From the NCBI GenBank assembly GCA_053919585.1, contig CM132793.1: 64,000 nt of DNA; one strand, 5' to 3'. Each line of letters starts with the position of its first letter. Within the stretch, counting starts at the first letter, position 1. This document shows positions 52,001 to 64,000 of this stretch, piece by piece. Position numbers and translations under genes: made by a program. The stretch comes from Euprymna scolopes. Taxonomy: Eukaryota. The notes beneath the pieces were generated by a model. It saw only the letters and a list, made by a program, of their open reading frames with translations, did no database searches and was not told the DNA's origin.

Positions 52001-53781
52001 AACTGCATAAAAACAATGATTAAGCGTATAAAGAAAGAACATTAAAAAAGAAAAAAATATGTAGCTTTCCAAAAAGATTAAACATTGGCTTATCAGCAGG
52101 TGCCGATGTGTAAGAGAATAGTATTTAATAGCAACATGCCTGATCTATGTAAACAAAAAGATTTTTCACGGTAGGGTAACGGTATTAGAACAGTTTACCT
52201 CTACAGTATATTGAATGTAAAAAATTAAAGTAATTATTAACTTATGAACATGTCTCGATGTGTCACAGTTGGTTATTACATTTGTCTCTGCTTTATGTTA
52301 AATAAAACGATTTCCTCCTGTAGAGAGTGAATTTGAACATTCCTGGGGCTTTCATTATTGCAATAAAAATCTTGAAGGAACGAATCGTCAGCTCTCAGCT
52401 AATGAGAGTTGACGGAATCTGAGTAGAGACACTTTATTATTTTGGAATTGGGAAATGGGAAGATCGTGGTATATATATGAGTATATCCTTCAGTTAATTA
52501 TGGTGAAACCCCATATCCGTCGAAAGTGCAGAAATCCTCCCTGTGATAAATAGGGACGGCAAGAGAACTTGTTATTTAGAGTTAAAATTAGAAACTACTT
52601 ACTCTATATATATTAACGATTATGATGAGATTGCTCCAAGGGTAAAATGTAGGATTTTATTATAACGAGTAAATGTGTCTAAAATGCCGTTCTTAAGTGA
52701 CATATGATAGTGACTAATAGTCTAGATATAATACATATATATGTGGCATCTGTTGTTTTAGAAAATACAGTACTTTGGTGCAGAGGGGAATTTCTGCGAT
52801 CAAAATATATAGGGGATAGTTGTATTCTTTATTGATTTTTCCTGGATAATTTCGGATACAAATATATGAATCATCGAGACATGAGTTTCTATCGTAAATT
52901 AAATATCTAATGATCGTGTTTTTAATCTTGATTTGTGCAGATAGTATTTAACGATATAGTGTGCGTAAATATTTGCTAACGTTTTAAAGCACGTGTTAGT
53001 TGTAGTGTAATGATAAGTCGCAAAAAAGCATATGTCTAAATAATGTACACATTTAAATTAATTGACAATTTTAACTATAACAAGCTAAAAAGAAAAATTA
53101 ACTTTTGATAAAAACCGAATGTTTATTATTTTATTTACATCTTAAATTGGTGGCAAATTAATTTTGTGGATTTATTCTTAAAAATGCTACTACCAGCTAG
53201 TTCCTATCCTCATTATAAACTGCCAATAATTTCTATGTGAGATGATTAATAGAGTTAATTTAAATCTATTACCATATGAATAACAACTGACTTCAGATAT
53301 TGATCTTTGTTACACGTCGCTGCTATTAAACTATATTTACACGGAGATTAAAAGCAGAATCGTGCTGTTGATGTAGTATAATATACAGTCAAGAAAACTA
53401 TCTGATATATTTTCCTTGAACAGGTATAGTTTTAATCGGTGAAATTAAGTAAATTTTGAATATTATTTTAACATATTCTGTTGTATTTTTTTTATTAGTT
53501 TACTATTTTACTTGCTATATTTTTGGGATAGTCAACGGACTCTTATACTTTTTATACCGAGCAATTAAAAGTATTGCATATTTTTGCATCAATTTGCTAG
53601 AGATGAATTGATAGTGTCTATTTCTAGCATGTGAAAATAGTTGGAATATAGCAGTCTATCGATATTGATTACTATATGGGCATATAATACCAAATGAGTT
53701 AAGATATTTTAATAGACAGTTTTATAGATTGTAAAGTTATTAATTTTTTTTTTACAAAAATGATTCTCATAAATATTTTCA

Positions 53782-54194
53782 ATAGCATTTCAGCCCGGCG
53801 TTGATCAGGGGTTTTGGACGTGTATGTTGAGCAAAAACAAAAACAAAAACGGTCAATTTTTTTTAAACTTAGACCCTTATTATGACCCCTTAACATTTAT
53901 TGTTTTGGGCTTCAATCAAGTTAGTAAGTAACCTATATCTAAATTTCAAGTGTTGAGCCCAAAATTGGCGGCGGAGTTTGGTAGTGTTCTCAAAGATCAA
54001 ATCGTTGAATTTTGACCCCCTTAACAGACAAATTTCTGACCGAAAATGGATTAAAAAGATTTTCCCAAATCTCTGTGCCCTGTATATCAAATTTCTAGTC
54101 TGTGGGCTTAAAATTAACAAAGTTATTATGTAGATAAATGTACACAGACACACACACATACACACTGACAAGTTCACTTTTATACATATATAGA
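53782..54194 (-). mobile_element. Non-autonomous Helitron-like element
   Basis: Minus strand starts TCTATATATGTATAAAAG followed by (GT)n; the other end has a decayed hairpin (plus cccggcgttgatcagggg) and CTAT instead of CTAG. Confidence 0.6.
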
Positions 54195-55160
54195 TTTTAA
54201 CTTAATTTACGTATAAAGTTATAAAGTAAAGTCTGTCAGATGCTTTAATTTTGATATATAATGACTAAGAACTTACAACTCTATATTAATCCTTATTTTA
54301 CATCATTAGTTGTAGTATAACGGTTTTCGCTTCAGTGTTTTATACAACCTACTCCGATGTGAAACGTTATTTTTAAAATTAATTTTCTTTTATTTTGGCA
54401 TAAGAAAAGCAACAGACTATTATATACGTGATAAACACTTTGCTGCCTCATTAACTCATATATTTTTATATTATGCAACAGATTATTCACTACTAAAATC
54501 TTCTTTTACTATTAGATTAATGTGATAGACAAACTAACATATTATTCAACTTATTTCAGTTTATTACACACACACAAACACACACACCCACATACATACA
54601 TATATATATATATATATTAATGATTGTATAGAGATATATCTAAATTATTTCATAAACATTTTATAAAATAAGCGGAAATTAAAGCCGCACATATTAATAC
54701 GAATAGAATCAAATCGATGTGCATTAGCGATATTTACTTCTACAGAGATAATAGGAATCAAAGTGAGATCTATTTTAGATCGATGTATAGATATATACGT
54801 CTAAAAGTGAGCATTATATGTTCAGACAGGGGATTGTGTAGTTTACTTAAAAGGGGAGGAAAGATCAGTTAGATGTATTAGTACACGCATTACCTAATGA
54901 TTGATTGTTAAGGAGGAAAAAGTCTAAATGTTTTCGATTTCCGGAAAATCTGAGTAAGAGTCTTACGATAAACAACGGATCAGGTTAAGATGTATATTAT
55001 GCGTCACAGGAATAAAATCACACAAAAGTCTTAGAGAAAAAAAAGATTCATTAAAAATGGAACATAATAATATACGCGTATCAATCTTCGGCTTTTAAAA
55101 AAAAAAATTTTTTTAAATATATTAAACAAATGTGTACCATACTCTAATGTTTATAAATAT

Positions 55161-55710
55161 ATAGTAGGGTGCCCCGGTGCTACCCAGGATTGAATAATGA
55201 CAACGAATATTTCACACTTCTATATTTTCATTGTCCTTTAAATCGGTGAAATATCGCATTTTTCAATTAAACATTTAATTGATTTGTCTAATTGTGGACT
55301 CATCGCGATGCACGTGGAGACAGCTTAACATGTCTCTCGGAGTGACTAAGTTACCAATATATATTTTTTATCTCCATTTCACTGCAGAGAATTTATGTTG
55401 ATTTTATACTTTTTTTCTTAATATGTTTACATTAAAATTAAAAATGGAAAATAAATGATCATGCGTCAATTATGTTCTAAACAAAGACAGACATTTCGAA
55501 TGCGCCATTGTCATATCAAAGAACCTACCTTTGCTTTTATATTGTGTTTTAAATAGAAACAGCCATTTCGAATGTTCCCCTGTGATATCAAACGACCTAC
55601 TTGGGAATTATACATTTTGAGTTAAACGGTTTGTGTTGTATAAATACATCTTAAATTCACTTGTGATGCTCAACTGTGTAAAAAGTTCAGAGATACGACC
55701 ACACGCATAA

Positions 55711-55714
<4 letters not shown>
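55161..55714 (-). mobile_element. Degenerate non-autonomous Helitron-like element
   Basis: Terminal motif tagtagggtgccccggtgctacccagg resembles the other Helitron 3' ends; internal direct repeat catttcgaatg...gt.atatcaaa..acctac. Confidence 0.4.
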
Positions 55715-55787
<73 letters not shown>

Positions 55788-56360
55788 ATATATGTGTGTG
55801 TCTGTGGGTGTATGCGTTTGTGTGTGGGGGTGCGTGGGCGTGTTTGTGTGTTTCCCTGTTTGTTTAATTTTACTCTAGCTTGTGCTTTCAGAAATCAATG
55901 AACCCCGCCCCACTTTCTGGGACTAACATTTAACTTAATATGAGGCACCTCGTTATTTCAGAAACTCTTGATATTAGGCACATAGTTATTTCATAAAATC
56001 TGCTTTACGTCTTAGATTTTGGGTTTCTTAAGAAGGTTAGATTATTCACTTTCTACTCCCCAACTAACCAGAGAAATGACGATAGTATATGTTACTTGTG
56101 ATATTACGGGATTCAAGGATAAGTCTTCCATTAGTCTGATAAAAAATGAATGCTGTAACCCAAGGCAACATCACTTGAATAAGGTGCATTATTTCTCGTC
56201 TAAAACATTGTAGTTTAGCCATAAACAGATCTTAATTGAGATTCGAAAATTACGTAATTTAGAATATTTAGTGTATAGAAAATTATGGTACAAACTACTA
56301 TATCGGGAGATCTGACACTCCTGGACTGTGTGTAGTAGGCATTCGAATTCTTTTCTAAAA

Positions 56361-56425
<65 letters not shown>

Positions 56426-58889
56426 GTGTGTGTGTGTGTCGGTGTCTGTGTGTGTATATGTGCATGAGTGTCAAAAATGCATTAGAGCTTATTACTTTAA
56501 TTGCATACTTTTATATTTATTCTTATGTATGAGACGAACCAGACTTCATGTCTTAAATTAAGAACATTCCTTAATATAAGCATGGCTTATTATGAGTTAT
56601 CATCCTAAATATCAACTGGAATAATTGTACTGAAAACATGTCGTCTTTTTATTTTCATATTCTGTCTTTCAACATGTCTTTTATAATATATATTTTATAA
56701 TATATACATTTATGTTATTCTATATTAGCCATAAACAACATTAGTTTTTGTTTGCTCTTTGTGAATATTCTTAAATCTTGCAGGAATTCATCTCTGAAAT
56801 ATTAAATTCTCAATATATACACTACACAACGGACACTCTGCTAAGCATGAATTTTCAAATACCTACATTTTTATTTTTATTTTTGAACTTTAACCGAACA
56901 AGATTGATGATTGAAACCTACGTTATCTGATAATAATCCTGATTAAAACATGTAAGCATGAGGAAATTTTGGTCTATGTACAAATAAGTATGTAAAAACG
57001 TGATGTAAACAGTAAATCAAAACTTATACAACTAAAACATTAATAATTCAAATAATTTTAGTATTTTCCATGATTTCTATTAGAACATACAATATATGTT
57101 TTCATTTTGGATATGCTTTTTCTTTTCCATTTAGGGAGGAGGCAAAACGGCATGCAATGTACGTTATTGAACGTTTTCCTTGTCAAATCAACGTGTTGTC
57201 TCCCCTCCCCGATCCCCCGTCTAGCTCAAATCTGAACATTACCGTACTATACACGCAATAACCCTTATCCCGGAGTGGTTTCTGTGGCTTGTTTAGTGGT
57301 GACAACCTTGTAAAAGAAAAAGCAAGCAGTTTTATTATTGAGAGTTATCTTTGCATAAAAGGTAAGACTATTAACCAGATCCAACGCACCGTGTTTGTTT
57401 ATTTCGATTAAATATATAAAAAAATGTTGTCGTTCGTTCACATACATTGGCGGCTATCGCATCTGGCTTCTTTATAAAACGGAAAGTATTGACAATGGCA
57501 ATGATAAATCCGAGTCGATGCTTAAATAGGAATGTTAATTTTAATATACAAAAGAATCAACCTTTTTAATAGTGTTTTTCAGCACAATATAATTTTCTAC
57601 CCGAATCAATAACGATTTTCCCTTTATACTTTTTAACATGCTACAGCGACTTCTGACTCACATTATGAGAAACTTTCCGCTAAAATTTATCGGGGAATTA
57701 AACGCTACATTTGAGTCAAACGAATACGTTGAGATGTTTGCGTAACAAATTGCTGTCGCCATGACTTACCTGCAAGGCTTCAATGCGCTTTGATATTTTA
57801 CTGCTAATTTAGATACTGCTTGTTTATCATTTTATATTGTTTTGTTTTAAATATTTTTTGATTACATGTAAACACAGCCTGTAAAATTTATTCATGATGC
57901 GGCCTTTAACACAACATTTTTTAGAACATTTTGTTTTCAATATTTTGCATTATGCCATATTAATATTTTCTTAGTTTAAATCTATGAATAAAGTAAAAAA
58001 AAGCGGTCATATTTTAAACTATAACGGCATCCTAGTCATATATTTACTTATTTAATTAGTTATTATATAAATATGCGTATTTCAATAAAAGTCGCGAGGA
58101 CCTGTGGTGTATACGCGCGAAGTCTAAAGACACAGCTTTCTTAAGACTAAATTTTCTATCATCTATTCGAGTGATTTTAAGAATACAATAACGAATAACT
58201 TGAGACTCCAACAAAGTCATGGATGTAAACAATTTCATCGGTACGATTTTATAAATAAAGCATATTACTTTACTCATAAGCGAATTAAAATATTTATGAG
58301 ATTATTTACAAATATCGTTCTCTGAAACGATCAGCGTGAACTTGACTTAGTTTACTGCCACTAACAATTAAAATGTACAGGTCTCTTAAAGTAGGTTCTC
58401 ATATGTAATCTCCTTTACAAAGAATAGCCAACGAAAAACAGTGGCATCAAAAGCAATCGACAGTTATGGAAAACCTTAATGTTGTAAAAAGGAAAAGCAT
58501 TCAAGAACCCATAGTAAAACATGAAAAATGTTTTACCGATTTTCTATATCAAAATGAAAATTACTGACTGAAACCGCGTGAGAGATTCCGTAACAAAATT
58601 TCATGCATTAAACGTATAATTTCAAAAGCTGTTTAGTTTATTGTTTTATACGATTAAACATTTTTAATTCTTGACCTTTCTTTCTGATCCCTTAAAGTAA
58701 AACTGGTAGCGGTTCTCTTCGCCAAATAAATAGCTTGTATTTTTCTATTAAATGCATACTTAGAAACAGGTTTTACATTTTAAATATATGTATTTTATTT
58801 TACATTTAAGCTTGATTCTCATAAGTATTTGAATAACATATTGGAAACTAAAATCAATTACAAATAAACTTTGTTTTATATTTTGTTCG

Positions 58890-58958
<69 letters not shown>

Positions 58959-59879
58959 GGGGATGATAAGTAGTTAAATGGATTAATCCTAAACTTATAA
59001 ATACGAGATTAATAAATTAAAAAATATATCCATTTTGAATTTGGAAACTGATGTATCACACAGGTAAGAGATTAATTTTTATAGCATGAAAAGGTTAGAT
59101 AATGCAATTAGGAATAGGAAATTAGATCAAATATTTGTACCATGGCTTCTTCCTTAGATTAAGGGAGGTGGTGTTTGATCAACACTGCTGGGGAGCTATG
59201 ATGTAATATGCTGTTTTGTTTTTAAATCTCCGAGACAGTATTTCATGGTAAGCAACTGAGGATCCCTTAAAAATAAATTATTAGTTCTATACTTAATTCG
59301 AGAACAAGTTAATGCAGCGATTACAAATGATTAAATGGCTTACTGACTAGGTGATTTTCTAACGAGTGATTACTTTTTTTGTATTGTTTTAAAGGTTAAA
59401 AACTTCAAAGACTATATATATATATGTATATATATATATGTGTGTGTGGGTGGGTGTGGGTGTATTACTTCCGATAATGAGTTAAAATATTAACAAAACA
59501 CAATTAATGTTTTCTGTATCTGTTTATCAACGTACTTTTATTTTTCTGTATTAAATTTAACGAAAAGCGATAATCAAAAATAAAAAAATAAATGATTAAA
59601 GAAGGAAGTCTTATTTTGACCAAATTAAACATTTTTATATAACCGTACATGACAACTGTATTCGTGAAGTTTATCACCGTCCAATTAGAAAGGCCTCACC
59701 TTCTAAAAAATAACTGTAGATTATTTTATCACACAGGAACGAGCTCGAAATTTATGATTCTTTTAAGAGCAAGACTGAGCCATAATACTTTATTTTAAAC
59801 GTTTCAATTTAATCAAATTGATTCTGTATAAAATTTACAGTTGTTTATATAAAAATTAATGTTTGTATTAAGAACACGG

Positions 59880-59940
59880 CTGAACCATGCTATTAACTAA
59901 GTCATTTATAAACTGAACCATGATATTAACTAAGTCATTT
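59880..59940. repeat. 28-bp tandem duplication
   Basis: ctgaaccatg(c/a)tattaactaagtcattt twice. Confidence 0.9.
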
Positions 59941-60114
59941 AAAACATTTTGCCAAGCTTCTTCCCATTACACGGTGGGGGCACGTAATTAGTAAAAATAG
60001 CTGATATATCTAATTGAAAAATAGATAATTTTGATTTCAATGAAAATAAGTGTATATTTAAGTGACATTATTATTGACACTATTTCCATCTAAGACAACG
60101 TCAAGTCTAGCTAC

Positions 60115-60154
<40 letters not shown>

Positions 60155-60164
60155 TATACATATC

Positions 60165-60316
60165 AATATGTAACATACTTATAGAAGTATATATATTAAT
60201 ATATATATATAAATATATTAATATATTAAAGTATATAAATATAATATATATATATATTAGCTATTAATATGTTTAAATATATATATTATTATATTTATAT
60301 ATTTAATATATTAATA

Positions 60317-60357
<41 letters not shown>

Positions 60358-60395
60358 GTTTTAATATATATACTCCTATAAGTATGTTACATATT
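60165..60395. repeat. 35-bp inverted repeat enclosing a nearly pure A/T spacer
   Basis: 60165-60199 equals the reverse complement of 60361-60395 with one mismatch. Confidence 0.9.
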
Positions 60396-60949
60396 AAAGT
60401 GTCCATGTTTAGAAACTGACGTCGAGGTTTAAGAGTTGCCAAAAAGGAACGTGAGTAAAATGTAAAGGCGTATTTGTCAGCGCGTTTTAAAAGGTGTCAA
60501 ATTGGCTAAGAATGAGAATGGCTAACACACAAAGAATGTTTATAGAAGATTACTATTAAAACCAATGTTTGCTTTTCAAACCATGAAATCTAAGGATGGG
60601 AATAAATTTAAATGAAATTAACACTTTTATATCTTTGATAACACTATTTAACTCACTTTCAGTGGCATAAGATCTGAAACTTGATTCCAGTTGTTTTGAA
60701 TTTACTTATGTTGTAATAAGCATCTGTTTGTATAGATCAAGCCTAGTTAGAAGCTACGCTACATCACCGTTCTGAAAACCGCCAGAAGAGTTAATGTGTT
60801 AAAAAGATATTAAAAGAAAAAATGAAAATACGTTTTTTATTTTTATCATTGATTTGAATGTAAAAGAAACTATTATTTGTTATTAAATATATAAGTTATA
60901 GATTAAAAAATACATGAGTTTTTAAAATGTTTTCTTCATTCATTTTCAG

Positions 60950-61400
60950 GTATGTTGTAAACAAACATGAACACACCATGCCCGATAAATCAGGTAGAAA
61001 AATGCGTAAGGCGTTTAATTCTGCTATAGTTGTTGTTCATCACATCATGAAATCAAATATAGGGACTACTTCTCTTTCGACGTGAGCTTATTTTCCCTAA
61101 TTAAAGTGAAAAAGTCCAGACAGATATTGAGCATCACGAAAAATATGTCGCTTCTATGAAGACGAATGGTGTCAGTAGATAAAGGAAACTTACGAAACAA
61201 CACACGGCATTTCACGGCATCATGTCACAACATGTCAAAAACTATTATTTTTTACTTATTCGTTTTTCGGTGTTCATCGGTAAATCTTATCACATCACAG
61301 ACTCCAGTCTGGATTCCGCAATTGGGCACAGGTTTTTATTCAGATAATGTTTCGAAGCCTACTCTTCGCAAGATAAATTGTTCGTTTCTTTTTATAAATA
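60950..61400 (-). mobile_element. Possible hAT (Buster/Charlie) transposase remnant
   Basis: Minus strand FPLSTDTIRLHRSD resembles the IPLSNDTVxRRI motif; the rest is decayed. Confidence 0.35.
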
Positions 61401-61599
61401 TATATTCTTCATTCCATAGTGTCTGACAGTGAATGTTACTTCTATATGACAAATGAATCAACTAACAGAAATAGCTATTAAGATGTTACAGGATTATTAG
61501 AAGAACTCCTGAAATTAAGATAAGTAGAACGCAATAACTTATATCGAGTTCAATTTTTTTGTAAAAAAACACCAGTATATTGCTCATTACGGTACAAAA

Positions 61600-61720
61600 C
61601 TTGATGCAACGATCAGCAAACTTTTGCAACAAAGAAAGAAACCTCCTACATTTCTTTGGTTATAAATGTGATTGCTTCTATTGTTCTGATATTCCTGGAT
61701 TAGTCACCGAGATGGGAGCT
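61600..61720 (+). mobile_element. Possible DNA transposase remnant (Chapaev3-like)
   Basis: FCNKERNLLHFFGYKCDCFYCSDIPGLVTEMG resembles, from memory, the FRxRxxxxxxFFxxxxxxxYCxDIxGL segment of that family. Confidence 0.35.
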
Positions 61721-61789
61721 CCGATTCGTGGGAAGCCCCTTTTATTACTAGTTTCTGAGACTGACATTCATTCCTGATGTAAAATGGAA

Positions 61790-62290
61790 AACAAATCTAA
61801 TCTGATTCCAAGATGGCCGGTAAGTTGATCTATAAGAGCAAGGTGCGCCTTCCAATGAGGGTAATGTTGCCACATCTGGAATAAGATGCTCGGTACACCT
61901 TACCCTGCTTCAATAGTGTTCAAACAGGCTTTTAAACCGAGCAGGTGATGCACTTTTTCCCTGCAACCTCTTTCAACAGAAGAGAAGTCACGGACCTGTC
62001 ATTCCTCTATCGCAAGTTTCATGGTAAATGCTCATATGCACTTCAATCTTTAGCGGCGCCCCTTGTTGCCAAACTTTTCCAAAACCACTCAATAAGCTAA
62101 AACCAACATGTATGATTTCCCCACTACTTATCAGTGGCTTAATGTAAACAGAGAATCCATAAATAAAGCTTCTTTCTCAGAACTGCCCGCCTTTCGAACA
62201 CTGTCTCGTTGGCATGTTTTCCGGCTAGCTCAAGAAGTATGTAACGATTTTAACTAAGTAGTTTATTCACTGTATAAAGCTCTATGCAGA
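61790..62290 (+). mobile_element. CR1-group LINE 3' fragment
   Basis: YKSKVR..CCHIW and LQPLS..RREVTDLSFLYRKFHGKCSYALQSL. Confidence 0.72.
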
Positions 62291-63719
62291 GTTTATAAAA
62301 TTCTATGTGATTTAATTAGATATATGATATTCTGGATTTCAGAATTAGTATAAAATTAGCATTCATTTTAAAAATGTGTGGAAAGTATTAAAGCAGAACA
62401 CAAAAATAGCTGCAAAAACAAAACCTAAACGAGAATTTCCCGATAAATATGATTGGTTACAAAGATAATGCAATTAAACATATGCTTTAACACTAACTAT
62501 TAAGCATTGCATGTAATGTGTTGAAAGGTTTGTAGCTTAACTTTATCTCGGTGATTTTAATCCTTTGTGGTATTTTCTTATAAACAAAAACTAAAAATAC
62601 ATGAGTATAAATAGGAATTTTGACCAGTTATATACTCTGTGAAATCTGTATATAAAGATCTATAAATTTACATTTGAATAATATGTAATATAAACTGCAT
62701 TAACCAAAGTGAATACACCGAGTATTTAATCGGATCCATATAATATATTTAAATAGCGCCGCTTTTTCATGAAAGTTTCGAAAATCATTGCTGGGATTTT
62801 TGTAAAGCAGACTTCATGGACGACTATGACCTTCTGTTCTAAAGCACCATTCATTGAGAGTATCTAATGAAATCAAATAAAAACAACCTTTCAATGTATT
62901 ATTGACCAACACAAAAGTATCAGCACAATGCATTATAAATGGTTTCGCCCCGGAGATATTTGAACATAGACAACAATAACACTGATTTTTTTCGGTGAGA
63001 GAGAATCCGCTAAAAATTGACTTTGCGAAGAAAAGCTACATGTCGAAAATACTGGCCATCAAGTTAAATGTCTTCACTAATCTGGCAGGAAATTAAATGC
63101 TGACTTGATTCTTGATAACCAATATGTCGAATAGTCTATAAGTTTTCTAACCTGTCGACTTTCGGAAGTAGGTTAATCGTAATCCCAACCGTTATTTCGG
63201 ATACGATCAGATACGTAAATTTCATTATTTTTTCGTCTATAGTTCTGTATTTTGCTGTTTAGAATATTATTTATTTGAAAGTAACACCTTTCTTCAACCT
63301 TAAACCCTATTTGGTATTTCGTCAGAATATAGTTTTAATTTGTCAGCTTTGACTTCTACAAGCGTTTTAGGTTGTATGATTCGTAGCAGAATGTTTTTTA
63401 ATAAATGGCTGTAAAAATGTGCATGTTCTACAACGCAGTGACTAATTTCATGTTATAAAATGTTAATACGCGATATTTTTTAAACGATTCCTTAATTTTT
63501 TAAATTTGGCCGGCTTTACAGCGAGAAAAAGCTTCAATAGTTAGTTAATGTCTATTACTAATTTATCACGTTTTTTTAACAAAGTACAATAATTCATTTG
63601 ATTATTCATGGTATAAAATGTAATGTCTATTCAAATGTTTCTCTATCTCATTTATAAGACGTAATGAAAATGTTAAAATGCAGGTCGTTAGTAGACTCGC
63701 CGGATCAAAATTTAAACGT

Positions 63720-63895
63720 TTCGCTGGAACTCAATGCATTATGCCAGAACTCAGTGCATATTAAACGCCATGCGCAAAAACTCAATGCATTATACCGAAA
63801 CTCAATACACCTTAAAAGTTACGCCGAAACTCAATAATATTAAACGTTACACCGAGTCTCAATAAATTATGCCGGAACTCAATACATATTGAGTT
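63720..63895. repeat. Minisatellite, ~7 copies of core gccggaactcaatgcattat
   Basis: Repeated (g)aactcaat(g)ca with 20-32 bp spacing. Confidence 0.85.
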
Positions 63896-64000
63896 AGATG
63901 ATATTTTTATTTTACGTTGTATAACCTCAGTGAATGTGATGTAATGCTGAAAATAATACTAATTAAAACGATTTATTGATTGTTGTTGTTGTTTATCCAA

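Noticed and set aside
57764-57840. Minus-strand consensus donor CAG|GTAAGT as a first exon of the EGF gene
   Set aside because: The nearest upstream ATG frame closes after 8 codons, and one motif in 64 kb can occur by chance. Transcript data would be needed.

Overview
Eukaryotic, very AT-rich, repeat-dominated draft scaffold with 6 N-gaps and many (TA)n tracts. The repeat landscape suggests an invertebrate, probably a cephalopod such as Octopus (inference, not verified). Only one host-gene exon is clear: a symmetric phase 1-1 exon on the minus strand (1290-1526) encoding two EGF-like repeats, so most of the window is probably intron or upstream DNA. The rest is layered transposon remnants: two Penelope-like elements (RT/GIY-YIG), a BEL/Pao element, a Gypsy element with both LTRs, a mariner, several CR1 and RTE-type LINEs (one nearly intact RTE inside a (TA)n tract), non-autonomous Helitrons, SINEs and minisatellites. 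The most striking object is a ~1.7 kb insert in the Gypsy pol region (~32396-34089, minus strand). It starts at nucleotide 1 of a U2 snRNA-like head and, at the branch-point-recognition sequence, runs into a polarised array of eight 160-210 nt modules of four types (C-C-C-B-B-A-A-D). Each module opens with the U2 octamer ATCTGTTC, and the hairpins show GNRA loops, G-U wobbles and compensatory changes on the minus strand only. Several type I hammerhead ribozymes are also present: two with intact cores (791-844 +, 11163-11208 -) and several decayed.
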